NCBI GenBank assembly: GCA_963695335.1
Contig: OY968764.1
Location: forward strand, 1,280,001-1,344,000
Length of the DNA stretch: 64,000 bases
Direction of reading: 5' to 3'
Source of the DNA: an uncultured bacterium
Lineage (GTDB): Bacteria > Babelota > Babeliae > Babelales > Vermiphilaceae
Shown: piece by piece, positions 9,753 to 19,180 of the stretch
Layout of the letters: each line of letters opens with the position of its first letter
How positions within the stretch are numbered: the stretch's first letter is position 1
Program-made: the position numbers and the translations under genes
Notes under the pieces: model-generated
Told to the model about the DNA's origin: nothing
What the model saw: only the letters and a program-made list of their open reading frames with translations
Databases searched by the model: none

Positions 9753-10396
9753 TATTCTTCAAAAAGAGCACGCTGCTTGATATAACAATCTTTTTTATGC
9801 CGCAAAAGCCCCGCTATTTTCTTACATTGCTCAGCGGTGATCTTGTCATGAGCCCACAACAATTTTCCTTCTTCTTCCTTGCTCTGCAATTTTTGTAAAC
9901 CTGCGTTTACAGTCATTACAAAATGATGCTCCTGATTAGCATCAGAGAAAAGTTCAACTCTTTTTTTCTGAGCATCATACAGGTCAAGATACTTACAACA
10001 ACGTGGATTGCTACATGGGATTTTTTTAATATATGCAAAAGAACACTCATCACTACCAATTTCTGCAATATCATAATAAAGTTTTTCAGCCCTAAAAGCT
10101 TTTGGGTCACGTACATACTTATACGTTTTATGCACACCTTTACATGCACCACCAATAATATAACATCCAGCAACAGTTGCAACTTGCCCTAGAGCATAAC
10201 CGAGAGGCAAAATGAACATTGCTGCAGCAACAATTTCACCAGCCTCATCAAAATTTCTTTTTTGTATCATAGGACTTGTTACATTGACCCGATGTACAGA
10301 TTTTGGCATCCGCTTGGTAACCAACTGCATTGCAGATACTTCTGATGCAATGATCATTGATACGCACAATCCAAAAAAAATAGTCTTACCATCCAT
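9734..10396 (-). CDS. Secreted hypothetical protein, paralog family B
   Basis: Signal ending VSA-MQ, CSNPRCC motif, homologous to 11264..12226. Confidence 0.8.
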   Translation of the reverse strand: MDGKTIFFGLCVSMIIASEVSAMQLVTKRMPKSVHRVNVTSPMIQKRNFDEAGEIVAAAMFILPLGYALGQVATVAGCYIIGGACKGVHKTYKYVRDPKAFRAEKLYYDIAEIGSDECSFAYIKKIPCSNPRCCKYLDLYDAQKKRVELFSDANQEHHFVMTVNAGLQKLQSKEEEGKLLWAHDKITAEQCKKIAGLLRHKKDCYIKQRALFEEYNKNKE

Positions 10397-10401
10397 CTGC
10401 T

Positions 10402-11229
10402 TTACTCTCTTGTTTGATTCTTGCCACAGTGCAATAACTTATACTCTTCATCGATACGGCTTAATTTATATGACACAGTACGATTGCCTACCAGAGCGTT
10501 TCTATAATCTATTTTTGCCTGCTCATCAACTATCGCATCTTTATATTCTTTCTCATTTTCATACCATTCACTAATATCATCTCGGATCTCACGAATTTGT
10601 TTGATTTTAGATGTCATTTTAAAATGATCTTCTTTCCAAGTATCAAAGCTATCTTCTAAAATAACTTGTGCCTGATTAAACAAACATGCATTTATATTAG
10701 AAATCATCGAATATAATACTAAACGCTTTGACCTATCTGCATTACAAAATTCATTCAATATAACTCTATACTGTATTAAATCTATATATAAGTCTTTAAT
10801 ATCTTCCAAATATGCAACTCTACCTTTTTTTTCAACATTCTCCAAAAATCTCTGCCTTATTGCATGTGATCTTCGCGCTGCTTGTATATTTTTTTGCATT
10901 CCTAACAACAATGCTCCACCGCAACATATAGGTGAATTACATGCATCTGCTTTGAGAATTCGCTCAGCAAGAAAATTTTCACATTTCTTTGCACCTAATT
11001 CTTTAATGTCTTCATACATTTCTGCTAAATCTTTTGACGTATATAGTGCATCTGAATAAAAACTAACACTATCTTTACCTACTCGAATATCAAAAGGCCT
11101 ACTATTATTTCTTTGTTGAATTTTACAAAAAACATTCGACATGCGCTTAGTTTTGACTATCATCGCATGTGTCACCGACACAAACATCACTGATGCACTC
11201 AATACAAAAAATATATTCTTACATTTCAT
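10402..11229 (-). CDS. Secreted hypothetical protein, paralog family B (divergent)
   Basis: AAGGAG RBS, signal ending THA-MI, ELGAKKC...CNSPICC motif. Confidence 0.8.
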   Translation of the reverse strand: MKCKNIFFVLSASVMFVSVTHAMIVKTKRMSNVFCKIQQRNNSRPFDIRVGKDSVSFYSDALYTSKDLAEMYEDIKELGAKKCENFLAERILKADACNSPICCGGALLLGMQKNIQAARRSHAIRQRFLENVEKKGRVAYLEDIKDLYIDLIQYRVILNEFCNADRSKRLVLYSMISNINACLFNQAQVILEDSFDTWKEDHFKMTSKIKQIREIRDDISEWYENEKEYKDAIVDEQAKIDYRNALVGNRTVSYKLSRIDEEYKLLHCGKNQTRE

Positions 11230-11263
11230 CTGCTGCTCCTTAAAAAATTAAAAACTTTTCCAT

Positions 11264-12226
11264 TTATTCAATACTACTATGGCTACTTGAAGAACTATCC
11301 GAAGAAAAACTACTATCCCTATATGATTGCGAAGAATAACTCTCCATATTTGACATATACGATGAACTTGATGAACTATCAGAATGGGCAGTTGCACTAT
11401 CACAAATTTGCTTTGCCACATATGCATGCATCATCAACATATTTAAATCGCGCGCAGGATCGTCATTTCTACGGCCATCGTCAGCTTTATCTTGTTGCCG
11501 TGGTGTATGTTGTTGTAGATTACACTCTTGATTATGTTGCTGCTGATTATCATATCGCTGCGTCTTTGGGACCATCAAAGTAATAGATTTAATCTTCTCA
11601 CAATATTCTTTATCGCTCTGTTTTTTTGCTTCAGCACTATCAAAAAATTCATCAGAAAGAGCTATCTGTTTTATATGACAATCTTTTTTATGCTCAAGAA
11701 GACCCATAATTTTTTGATATCCTTCAATATAAATTTTATCTTGAGCAAGTAATTGCTTTGCTTCTTCTTCTTTATTATGCAATTTTTGTAAACCATCTTT
11801 TACCCGTACTAAAAAATCACGTCCCTGATTAATGTCACAAAAAAGTTCAGGTCTTTTTTCATAAGCAAAGAGTGGGTGAAGATTCTTACAACATTGTGGG
11901 TTTTTACACACCTCTTTTTTGATATAAACATTGGAACATCTCTCGCTACCAATGCCTGCAACTTCATTATGTAACCTGTTAGCTGTAATTATCATCTTAG
12001 TAATTGGGCAAGTATTTAGAGCTTCTTCTATACAACAAATAGCCACAGGAACACCAACAAACCATATTAATGCTCCAAAACTTCCCCTTTTTTGCACCAG
12101 GGGACTCATGCTATTCACCCGATACATAGTTTTTGGTATTCGTCTTCTAACCAATTGCATTGCAGATATTTCTGATGCAATCATCATTGATGCACACAAA
12201 CCAAAAAATATATTCTTACCATTCAT
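11264..12226 (-). CDS. Secreted hypothetical protein, paralog family B, Ser-rich C-terminal tail
   Basis: AAGGAG RBS before MNGKNIFF, CKNPQCC motif, poly-Ser tail. Confidence 0.8.
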   Translation of the reverse strand: MNGKNIFFGLCASMMIASEISAMQLVRRRIPKTMYRVNSMSPLVQKRGSFGALIWFVGVPVAICCIEEALNTCPITKMIITANRLHNEVAGIGSERCSNVYIKKEVCKNPQCCKNLHPLFAYEKRPELFCDINQGRDFLVRVKDGLQKLHNKEEEAKQLLAQDKIYIEGYQKIMGLLEHKKDCHIKQIALSDEFFDSAEAKKQSDKEYCEKIKSITLMVPKTQRYDNQQQHNQECNLQQHTPRQQDKADDGRRNDDPARDLNMLMMHAYVAKQICDSATAHSDSSSSSSYMSNMESYSSQSYRDSSFSSDSSSSSHSSIE

Positions 12227-12318
12227 CTGCTGCTCCTTAAAAAAAGTAAAATTTTGCATATCAATATGCTATACTACTAAAAAAATAGAATTTATACATC
12301 ACCTAAAAAGGTATTTTT

Positions 12319-12759
12319 ATGAAACACACAAAACTTATTGCCATATTTTTTGCCACATACCACATTGCATCTTTTTCATCACAACATCAATCAGCTCCTG
12401 CATTACAAACAATAATGAATAAAATAGTTATGATTCAGCGTGAAAACGCTGAAAATAACCATCAAAGAATCGTAGAGTACTACAATCAATTTCCAAAAGT
12501 ATCACAAGAAGAGATTAATAGATGGGTAGCGAAAAAAGAACGTGAGATTAAAGAGAATCAAGCACAATATAAAAAAGAACAAGAACAACAAGAAATCCGA
12601 TGGCTTCTGAAATATAACCGCAAAAATAGGCATCAGCGCAGCCCTTATCACAAAGCAATCAAAAAAGATCTCCAAAACGATCACCGGAATAGATATAACC
12701 CACACATAAAAACAATCGAGTGTTATCCTACTCGATTGTTACTTGAATTAAAAAAATAG
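12319..12759 (+). CDS. Hypothetical protein
   Basis: 146 aa ORF with AAAGG RBS, signal-like N-terminus and coiled-coil/basic content. Confidence 0.6.
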   Translation: MKHTKLIAIFFATYHIASFSSQHQSAPALQTIMNKIVMIQRENAENNHQRIVEYYNQFPKVSQEEINRWVAKKEREIKENQAQYKKEQEQQEIRWLLKYNRKNRHQRSPYHKAIKKDLQNDHRNRYNPHIKTIECYPTRLLLELKK

Positions 12760-12793
12760 ACTTTTTAAAAAAAATTAAGAGATTATCTAAATC

Positions 12794-13453
12794 TTATACT
12801 TGCCAAAACCATTTCTTCCGAGAAGTTGCTTCAGAAATCATTTGTTTTACTTTTTCAAGTAATTGTTCATCGTGGCATTGTACAGCATCCGCATGATGTT
12901 CTAATGCACATTCATAAGCTTTATGTCCTAATCGATACAACATATAACCTATTGCGCATCTACCCATAAATTGTAGGATCTTCTTTTTATTTAAAAGTTG
13001 ATCTTCTTCTTCTCTCTGGTGATAATCGCGCTGAAATGCTTTAATATATGCTTCTAATGCTGCTTTTTTGTGCTCTACTTTATATTGTAACAATGCAAAG
13101 ATTTTTATTTCCAAAGAAGTGGAATCATCTACAATAATACGAGCAATACGCGGTAACTCATACCAGCAAAAATAATACTTAAATTGTGTAGCATCTGAAA
13201 ATGCACTATAAAACGAATGTGAGTGTGTTACTTTTACGCATTTATCGAGCCATTGTAATAGTTCTTCATGCAATGGCACAACTGATCTTTCTTTTAATTC
13301 CTCTATAAAATCCACTATAACAGTTTTTACATCATAGTTCTGGCCATCAATTTCCCAAAGCCACTTATTATTGATATCAGCGCATACATTAGATGATATG
13401 CCAAGACTTACACTTACTGCCGCAGCAAAAAATAGGTTTTTTAAAACGACCAA
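12794..13453 (-). CDS. Secreted hypothetical protein
   Basis: 219 aa ORF, GGGGA RBS, signal ending VCA-D. Confidence 0.65.
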   Translation of the reverse strand: MVVLKNLFFAAAVSVSLGISSNVCADINNKWLWEIDGQNYDVKTVIVDFIEELKERSVVPLHEELLQWLDKCVKVTHSHSFYSAFSDATQFKYYFCWYELPRIARIIVDDSTSLEIKIFALLQYKVEHKKAALEAYIKAFQRDYHQREEEDQLLNKKKILQFMGRCAIGYMLYRLGHKAYECALEHHADAVQCHDEQLLEKVKQMISEATSRKKWFWQV

Positions 13454-13480
13454 TATAATCCCCTAGGTTCTTAAATATGT

Positions 13481-14596
13481 TTATTCACAACGCCCAGCTT
13501 CATGGGCATGATCTCTATCCCACTGGTTAATATACCCTTCCACCATTTGTCGCCGATCAGCAGGAATAGGATGTAGAGGATAAATAATTTCTTTTATTAT
13601 CCTACTATTGAGTACTCTCTCTAGCCTACTATCTGATATTTTATTTTTCTTATAATAGTCTGTTTCATGTTCCTTCCAATATTTTGCAAACTCTTCAAGC
13701 TCTAATCGCGATACAGCATGTTCACACGCAAATGTATCCGCAGGTGCCTCAAACCAATGTTTCGATAAAAATCCACCTAAAACAGCATTGGCCAATGCTT
13801 TTGGTACAATGGCACCAATAGCAGAACCAGATCGCAACATAGTCTTTAAAAATGTTTTTGGTTGCGGTTGAATATTATATAATTTTCTCAATAGTTTAGT
13901 TGCTCCAAAAGATAATGCCTCAACTCCAAGAGGGATTGTTGTGAGAGCATACACATATTTATTACTATCCTCATGAACAATATGACCAAATTCATGATTT
14001 ACAATCATTGATTCTCGAGCGATTTTTGCTTTACATTGAGCAACATTTTGTTTCTCTACATCAATCTGTGATTCTGCAGATTTAATTAATTGGTTATCAG
14101 CACGCGACAAAAGAAAAGATTTAAATATTCCCCTTTTTTCTTTTTGTTGCTTGGCATATTCAAATTCTTTTAAAGCTTGATGAAGTCTTTCTTCTGCTAG
14201 CGGCTGATTGACTAAGGCTTCATGCAATTGATCGCAAACTTCTGAAGAAACTGATACCACACCAATATGTTCATTAGCACGAGCATGAGCATGACGTGAA
14301 TTCTTATGAGTCACTAAGAATATAGGTTTAGAATGAGGCATATTTGCTTGTTTTTTTTGACCTTCAAACCAATCATTAAGAGCTGGTTGCGTGGGCAACT
14401 CTTCATCAAAATCCAATACATTTACTTTTTCTAATGCTTTTTTATAGTTCTTAGAATGATACAATCCAAGAGTTGGCAACGTTGTTACGCCAACAAAACG
14501 AGCTAATTTAAAGACTTTTCCACCCATGGCAAAAGATGGGATCATAAACGTAAAAAGCAGCATTAGAGCTGCATATTGTAAATAACTTTTATTCAT
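13481..14596 (-). CDS. M48-like zinc metalloprotease
   Basis: HEFGH (HExxH), E..AD third-ligand motif and HP....R motif typical of M48 (HtpX/Oma1/Ste24). Confidence 0.8.
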   Translation of the reverse strand: MNKSYLQYAALMLLFTFMIPSFAMGGKVFKLARFVGVTTLPTLGLYHSKNYKKALEKVNVLDFDEELPTQPALNDWFEGQKKQANMPHSKPIFLVTHKNSRHAHARANEHIGVVSVSSEVCDQLHEALVNQPLAEERLHQALKEFEYAKQQKEKRGIFKSFLLSRADNQLIKSAESQIDVEKQNVAQCKAKIARESMIVNHEFGHIVHEDSNKYVYALTTIPLGVEALSFGATKLLRKLYNIQPQPKTFLKTMLRSGSAIGAIVPKALANAVLGGFLSKHWFEAPADTFACEHAVSRLELEEFAKYWKEHETDYYKKNKISDSRLERVLNSRIIKEIIYPLHPIPADRRQMVEGYINQWDRDHAHEAGRCE

Positions 14597-14754
14597 AACG
14601 TTCCTGATTGATAATTTTTTAACCTTTGGTTATATACTATACAGCATACATTTTTTACAAAAATTATCAATTTGAAACATCAAAAACTCCTAAAAAAATC
14701 CCTTCTAAAAATTAATCTAGAAGGGCAATAAATGCTGCTCAAGACTTTTATTAT

Positions 14755-16029
14755 TTACTTTTGTGTCTCAATAAAAGGATTTACTCCACCATGCTTCCTT
14801 ATTATTGCCTTATTTATTAAAGACAAAATTTCTGCATCTGATGTAATTGAAGGTTGCGGAAAACGTGTTGCTGCAGATTGTATTGCTGCTGCATACCCCT
14901 CTGGATAAATAATCTTTATAGCATTATTACGTGGCGTTACACCAAATTTATTGACAAACTCTGGGTCTGCTCCTGCATCAAGAAGTTCTTTAATCATTAA
15001 TTTATTTTTTGTATTAATTGCAGCCGAAAGAGCTGTAGTTCCTTTCTTATTCTGTTGATCTATTGCGATATAAGGATTATTTAAAAGACATTTGACTGCT
15101 TCCATGTGGCCCTCATCCACAGCAAATAATAATGCTGTATCTCCATACATAGGAGTATCTTTATTAACATCTGCTCCATACTCAAGAAGTATAGTAATCA
15201 TAGGGCAGTTATTGTCTTGTGCTGCATGCATAAGAGCTGTTAGTCCACCATTGCTTGGCTGATCTATCTTAATTCGAGGGTTACTTAAAAGACATTTAAC
15301 TGCTTCCATATGTCCTTGAGCAACAGCAAGTGCTAATACTGGGATTCCAGACTCTAAAACAATTTTATTAATATCTGCTCCATGCTCAAGAAGTATAGTA
15401 ATCATAGGACAATTGTTGTAAAACACTGCAAGCGAAAGAGCTGTGCCCCCATCAGTACCTACTTGATCTATCTTAATTTGCGGATTACTTAAAAGACATT
15501 TAACCGCTTCCATATGTCCTTCAGCAACAGCAAACCGCAATGCTGTCGTTCCTTTCGTATTACCTTTATTGATATCTGCCCCATGCTCAAGCAATATATT
15601 AATAACAGGACAATGATTTTCTTGTGCCGCAAACATAAGGGCTGTACTCCCAAAACTATCTTGTTGGTCTACCTTAATGTGAGGATTATCTAAAAGACAT
15701 TGAACTGCTTCTATATGCCCCTTTTGAGCAGCAAATATTAATGCTGTCCTCCCATCAGAATCAATTACGTTAACATCAATTCCATCATCAAGAAGTTTTG
15801 TAATTGTAGAGCAATCATTTTCCTTTGCTGCGTTCAAGAAGGCATCACTTTGTCCTCCTTGAATATATTTTTTATATGCTAAATAACCACCCCCAATAGC
15901 CGCTCCGATAAGTGCAATCAATCCTATTTTTTTTGCGGTACTTGATTCTTCTTCCATGCCATAATTATGATATGGTGTAATTATCAGCAAAAATGCAGTG
16001 ATCATGCTCAATTTTTTTGTACAATCCAT
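14755..16029 (-). CDS. Ankyrin-repeat protein
   Basis: About 9 repeats of G.TAL..AA..G/N...V..LL..GADIN. Signal ending NYG-ME, followed by a TM segment. Confidence 0.95.
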   Translation of the reverse strand: MDCTKKLSMITAFLLIITPYHNYGMEEESSTAKKIGLIALIGAAIGGGYLAYKKYIQGGQSDAFLNAAKENDCSTITKLLDDGIDVNVIDSDGRTALIFAAQKGHIEAVQCLLDNPHIKVDQQDSFGSTALMFAAQENHCPVINILLEHGADINKGNTKGTTALRFAVAEGHMEAVKCLLSNPQIKIDQVGTDGGTALSLAVFYNNCPMITILLEHGADINKIVLESGIPVLALAVAQGHMEAVKCLLSNPRIKIDQPSNGGLTALMHAAQDNNCPMITILLEYGADVNKDTPMYGDTALLFAVDEGHMEAVKCLLNNPYIAIDQQNKKGTTALSAAINTKNKLMIKELLDAGADPEFVNKFGVTPRNNAIKIIYPEGYAAAIQSAATRFPQPSITSDAEILSLINKAIIRKHGGVNPFIETQK

Positions 16030-16151
16030 ATATCCCCCTCCCTCTTTTTTTAATTACAACTTCCCTATAGAAATCTTAAACAATAGCATTTCAATTAGTC
16101 AACACTAAATCATAAAACCTATCAGATAATAGCTTTTTATAATAATAATTC

Positions 16152-16185
16152 AGCCAAGTAGACCAACTTCTTAGGCTACTTGGCT
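16152..16185. repeat. 10-14-10 inverted repeat AGCCAARTAG-N14-CTAYTTGGCT
   Basis: Same arms and spacing at 9518-9551 and 18989-19022. Confidence 0.75.
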
Positions 16186-16226
16186 GAATTATCGTTTTTA
16201 TGAATTTTATTTAAAAGGCGTTTTTC

Positions 16227-17408
16227 TTATAATTGGCAGCCATGACTTTTAACTAAATTATACATAATAAAGCGCATAACTCCCGCAGGGATGTTCTGCA
16301 TAGTTCCATAAAAATCAATGGTGTAATTTTTTAAAAACCAATATTTAAAAGCAAACGAGCGTTGCTTATCAATAGTATCAACCATCTCTTTGAGCCAACC
16401 TTTTGGCTCTCCTTGTTCCACATCGAATGCGGTTTTTTCCACACCATCATCTTCATGATACCAAAATGGATATTCCATTCGTTTAATGCTAGCACGTGTA
16501 ACACTATCACTATTTACAAAATACTGTAACAACAACCATGCATATTCTTGATCATTATTGCGTGCTGCAATCATAAGGGGAGAAAACTTTTCAAACGACT
16601 GAGTACAATCTGGATCGGCACCATATGCAAGGAGCGATAGTGCTATAATACAATAATGCACTTTTCTATTTCCATGTTTTCCAAAGCTCCAACAGCGTTT
16701 TTTGGCGATATCCAACAACAAATTATTGTTGATTTTATTTTTGCAATCAGAGCCAACGGCAAGAAGCTGCTCTATTTTTTCAAAATCCATTGTTTTAAAA
16801 GCCAAAGAAAGTAACGTATGTGGACTGTACTTTTCCACCAGTTGTTTAAATTTCATTCCCGTTCTTTTTGGTCTGGTAGTATCTCTGCTTTTATATTTTG
16901 CCATTTTATGACTTAACCAACCATGGCTTACTTGATAGCTCGCATTCAAATACCAAGAATCTTGCAAATCTTCTGGTGTAAACTGCCTATCTGCATCGGT
17001 CACAATATCAAACAACTGATCCATTTTTTGCCGTATAGTAAAAAAAACGCCGCCTTTTGAATTAAGGCAGCGAGCAACTGTTTCATCACACATCCAACGC
17101 TGATGTTGTGCAATACTCTTAATTATTTTTTGGGCACTCTTTTCTTTAGAAAATCTTTCAGAAAAAAACCTATTAACACATGTCACTGTCTGAAGATCTC
17201 TACCAAAGTGGTGTACCACACTATCATTGCAATGATTGTACTTTCTACCACCTGATTGATCTACAATAAAATGATTTTCAGCATACAGCCAGCTCAGAAT
17301 CTTTACCAACACTTGATCTCTAACTTTTTCTTCTTGCTGTATCACCAAATCCATACTATGCAATGCAGTAGTAATAATAAACAATGCAAAAACTATTTTT
17401 TTATGCAT
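16227..17408 (-). CDS. Secreted ankyrin-containing protein with possible F-box-like N-terminus
   Basis: LLAYGADPD..SPLMIAARNN ankyrin repeat. DQVLVKILSWL...DLQTVTCVNRFF resembles a split F-box. Confidence 0.65.
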   Translation of the reverse strand: MHKKIVFALFIITTALHSMDLVIQQEEKVRDQVLVKILSWLYAENHFIVDQSGGRKYNHCNDSVVHHFGRDLQTVTCVNRFFSERFSKEKSAQKIIKSIAQHQRWMCDETVARCLNSKGGVFFTIRQKMDQLFDIVTDADRQFTPEDLQDSWYLNASYQVSHGWLSHKMAKYKSRDTTRPKRTGMKFKQLVEKYSPHTLLSLAFKTMDFEKIEQLLAVGSDCKNKINNNLLLDIAKKRCWSFGKHGNRKVHYCIIALSLLAYGADPDCTQSFEKFSPLMIAARNNDQEYAWLLLQYFVNSDSVTRASIKRMEYPFWYHEDDGVEKTAFDVEQGEPKGWLKEMVDTIDKQRSFAFKYWFLKNYTIDFYGTMQNIPAGVMRFIMYNLVKSHGCQL

Positions 17409-17514
17409 GAAGATGAACTCCTTTTAATTCAACAATATATTGCTCGTATCACCTCATATTATGTAGGATCATCAAAAATAATCAAACATCAATCTTACTA
17501 AAAAAGGAAAAATA

Positions 17515-17835
17515 ATGAACAATTCAATACATCATTGCTGCAATTTTATGCAGCATTTTTTAGATGATACAAGAATGCCTCTCATGTATTCACCTATCTA
17601 TAAAGAATATGGAATCATTCTTTTAGACCAAGGGAAAGACGAAAAAGATCTATTAGAAAGAGAAATAATTTCCTACTGCCCATGGTGTAGTACACATTTA
17701 CAAACTGATCTACGCGATAAATGGTATGAAATTCTTGAAAAAGAATATCAAATCGATCCGGATGACGAAAAACAAAAAAAATCTATTCCTGCTGAGTTTT
17801 ATACTGAAGAATGGTGGAAAAAAAGGGGCTTATAG
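17515..17835 (+). CDS. Small Cys-rich protein (DUF6980-like)
   Basis: HCC..M...L, ISYCPWCS..L...LRD.W and IP.EF.TEEWW motifs. Confidence 0.65.
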   Translation: MNNSIHHCCNFMQHFLDDTRMPLMYSPIYKEYGIILLDQGKDEKDLLEREIISYCPWCSTHLQTDLRDKWYEILEKEYQIDPDDEKQKKSIPAEFYTEEWWKKRGL

Positions 17836-17864
17836 CAAATTCCTAAAAATATATACAGTCTCCA

Positions 17865-17972
17865 GCGCTCGTCCTGATGCTTCGTCAAGCTCAGCAGTAA
17901 ACACCTGCCTTGAGAACTTGCCATGCCTGCCATAGCCTTGGCGACGGCAGGTTGAAGGATATCTTCGAGCGC
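17865..17972. repeat. Composite palindromic REP/MITE-like element (family A with nested family B)
   Basis: GCGCTCGTCCTGA...AACTTG...TTGAAGGATATCTTCGAGCGC interrupted by CCTGCCATAGCCTTGGCGACGGCAGG. Confidence 0.7.
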
Positions 17973-17994
17973 ATTAAAAAAAAGGATGATTTCC

Positions 17995-18885
17995 ATGTAT
18001 AGAAAACATTCTCCATTCATTTCTATTATTTGCTCACTTTTAATTGTGGGTGCTTTTTTTTTGATGCAACATTTTTGGTATGCACAAAAAAATATTCAAT
18101 ATATTGATTCATATGTTCAAGTAAGCAATATTTTTGCAGAAGCGGATTCAAATACTCTGATTCTTTTCGATGTTGATGAAACACTTATTGAACCTAGGAG
18201 TGTAATATTTAGGCCAAAAACTATTGAAAACAAAGCTAATCTTCCATGGATTATCGATTTAGTATCACGAGTGTATGGCAAAAGTGATAAAACAGAAGAA
18301 TATTATGGAAGTATTTGGAAAGTACAAGAGACGCCATTGCTTATAGAGCCTCATATTGTGTCAGTTATTCAATCATTACAAGATCGTGGTGTAAAGGTTG
18401 TGGCTTTAACAGCTTTAAAAACTGGTTCAAGCTACATTATTTCTTCATTGCCAGAATGGCGATATAACAAATTAAAAGAATTAGGAATTGATTTTGCAAA
18501 AATTGGCTTACCAGATATTATCTTTGATGAATTACCAGAAAAAGATGGTAATTATCCTATGTTATATCGTGGTATATTATGTACCAATGGTGTATCTAAA
18601 GGTGAACTTGCCAGAGCTTTTCTAGATCGAATACAATGGAGACCTGATAAGGTTATTTTTTTTGATGATAATAAAGCTCGGGTTAAAGAAGTTGAAGAAG
18701 CTATGCAAAAACACTCAATTCCTTTCCAAGGGTTTGTGTATCTTGGTGCAGAATATATGCCAGGAGAGCTTAATAAAGAGGTTGCTGAATTTCAATTGAA
18801 TTATCTTGTAGAACATGAAGATTGGATAAGTGATGAGCAAGCTTTATCGCTTCTGAATAATCGTGCGATAGCTTATGAATATTAA
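17995..18885 (+). CDS. HAD-superfamily DUF2608-like protein
   Basis: LFDVDETL motif I, VVALTA, KG and IFFDD motifs, N-terminal TM segment. Confidence 0.85.
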   Translation: MYRKHSPFISIICSLLIVGAFFLMQHFWYAQKNIQYIDSYVQVSNIFAEADSNTLILFDVDETLIEPRSVIFRPKTIENKANLPWIIDLVSRVYGKSDKTEEYYGSIWKVQETPLLIEPHIVSVIQSLQDRGVKVVALTALKTGSSYIISSLPEWRYNKLKELGIDFAKIGLPDIIFDELPEKDGNYPMLYRGILCTNGVSKGELARAFLDRIQWRPDKVIFFDDNKARVKEVEEAMQKHSIPFQGFVYLGAEYMPGELNKEVAEFQLNYLVEHEDWISDEQALSLLNNRAIAYEY

Positions 18886-18916
18886 AATAGTTTTTGGTTT
18901 GAATGTATATTGTAAT

Positions 18917-18955
18917 GCGCTCGAAGATACCCTTCGACAGGCTCAGGGTGAGCGC
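18917..18955. repeat. Palindromic REP-like element family A
   Basis: GCGCTCGAAGATACCCTTCGACAGGCTCAGGGTGAGCGC. Confidence 0.8.
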
Positions 18956-18975
18956 CTGAAATATTGTTGTATAAA

Positions 18976-19173
18976 TTAATAAAAACTAAGCCAAGTAGGT
19001 CATATTTACAACCTATTTGGCTTAAAACGAGCGATTCATTCTAAAACAGATTCATACTTCAATGACACGACTCAATTGCTATTACAACAAAAATTCTGCA
19101 ATTTGAAACTATTACTTCCAAATTGCAGAAAATATAAATTTAAGTCGATTCAATCGCACTATTCTCTATTCTT
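18976..19173. repeat. Intergenic duplicated segment (copy of 9505-9752)
   Basis: Colinear similarity, including the 3' end of a family B gene (KNRE* versus KNKE*). Confidence 0.75.
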
Positions 19174-19180
19174 GCCAACC

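Noticed and set aside
15000..15800. Periodic DNA repeats that could be mistaken for a CRISPR or tandem array
   Set aside because: They are in-frame ankyrin repeats within a CDS. There are no unique spacers and no cas genes.
16227..16245. C-terminal CaaX prenylation motif (…HGCQL)
   Set aside because: Cys is third from the end rather than fourth, so it does not fit CaaX.
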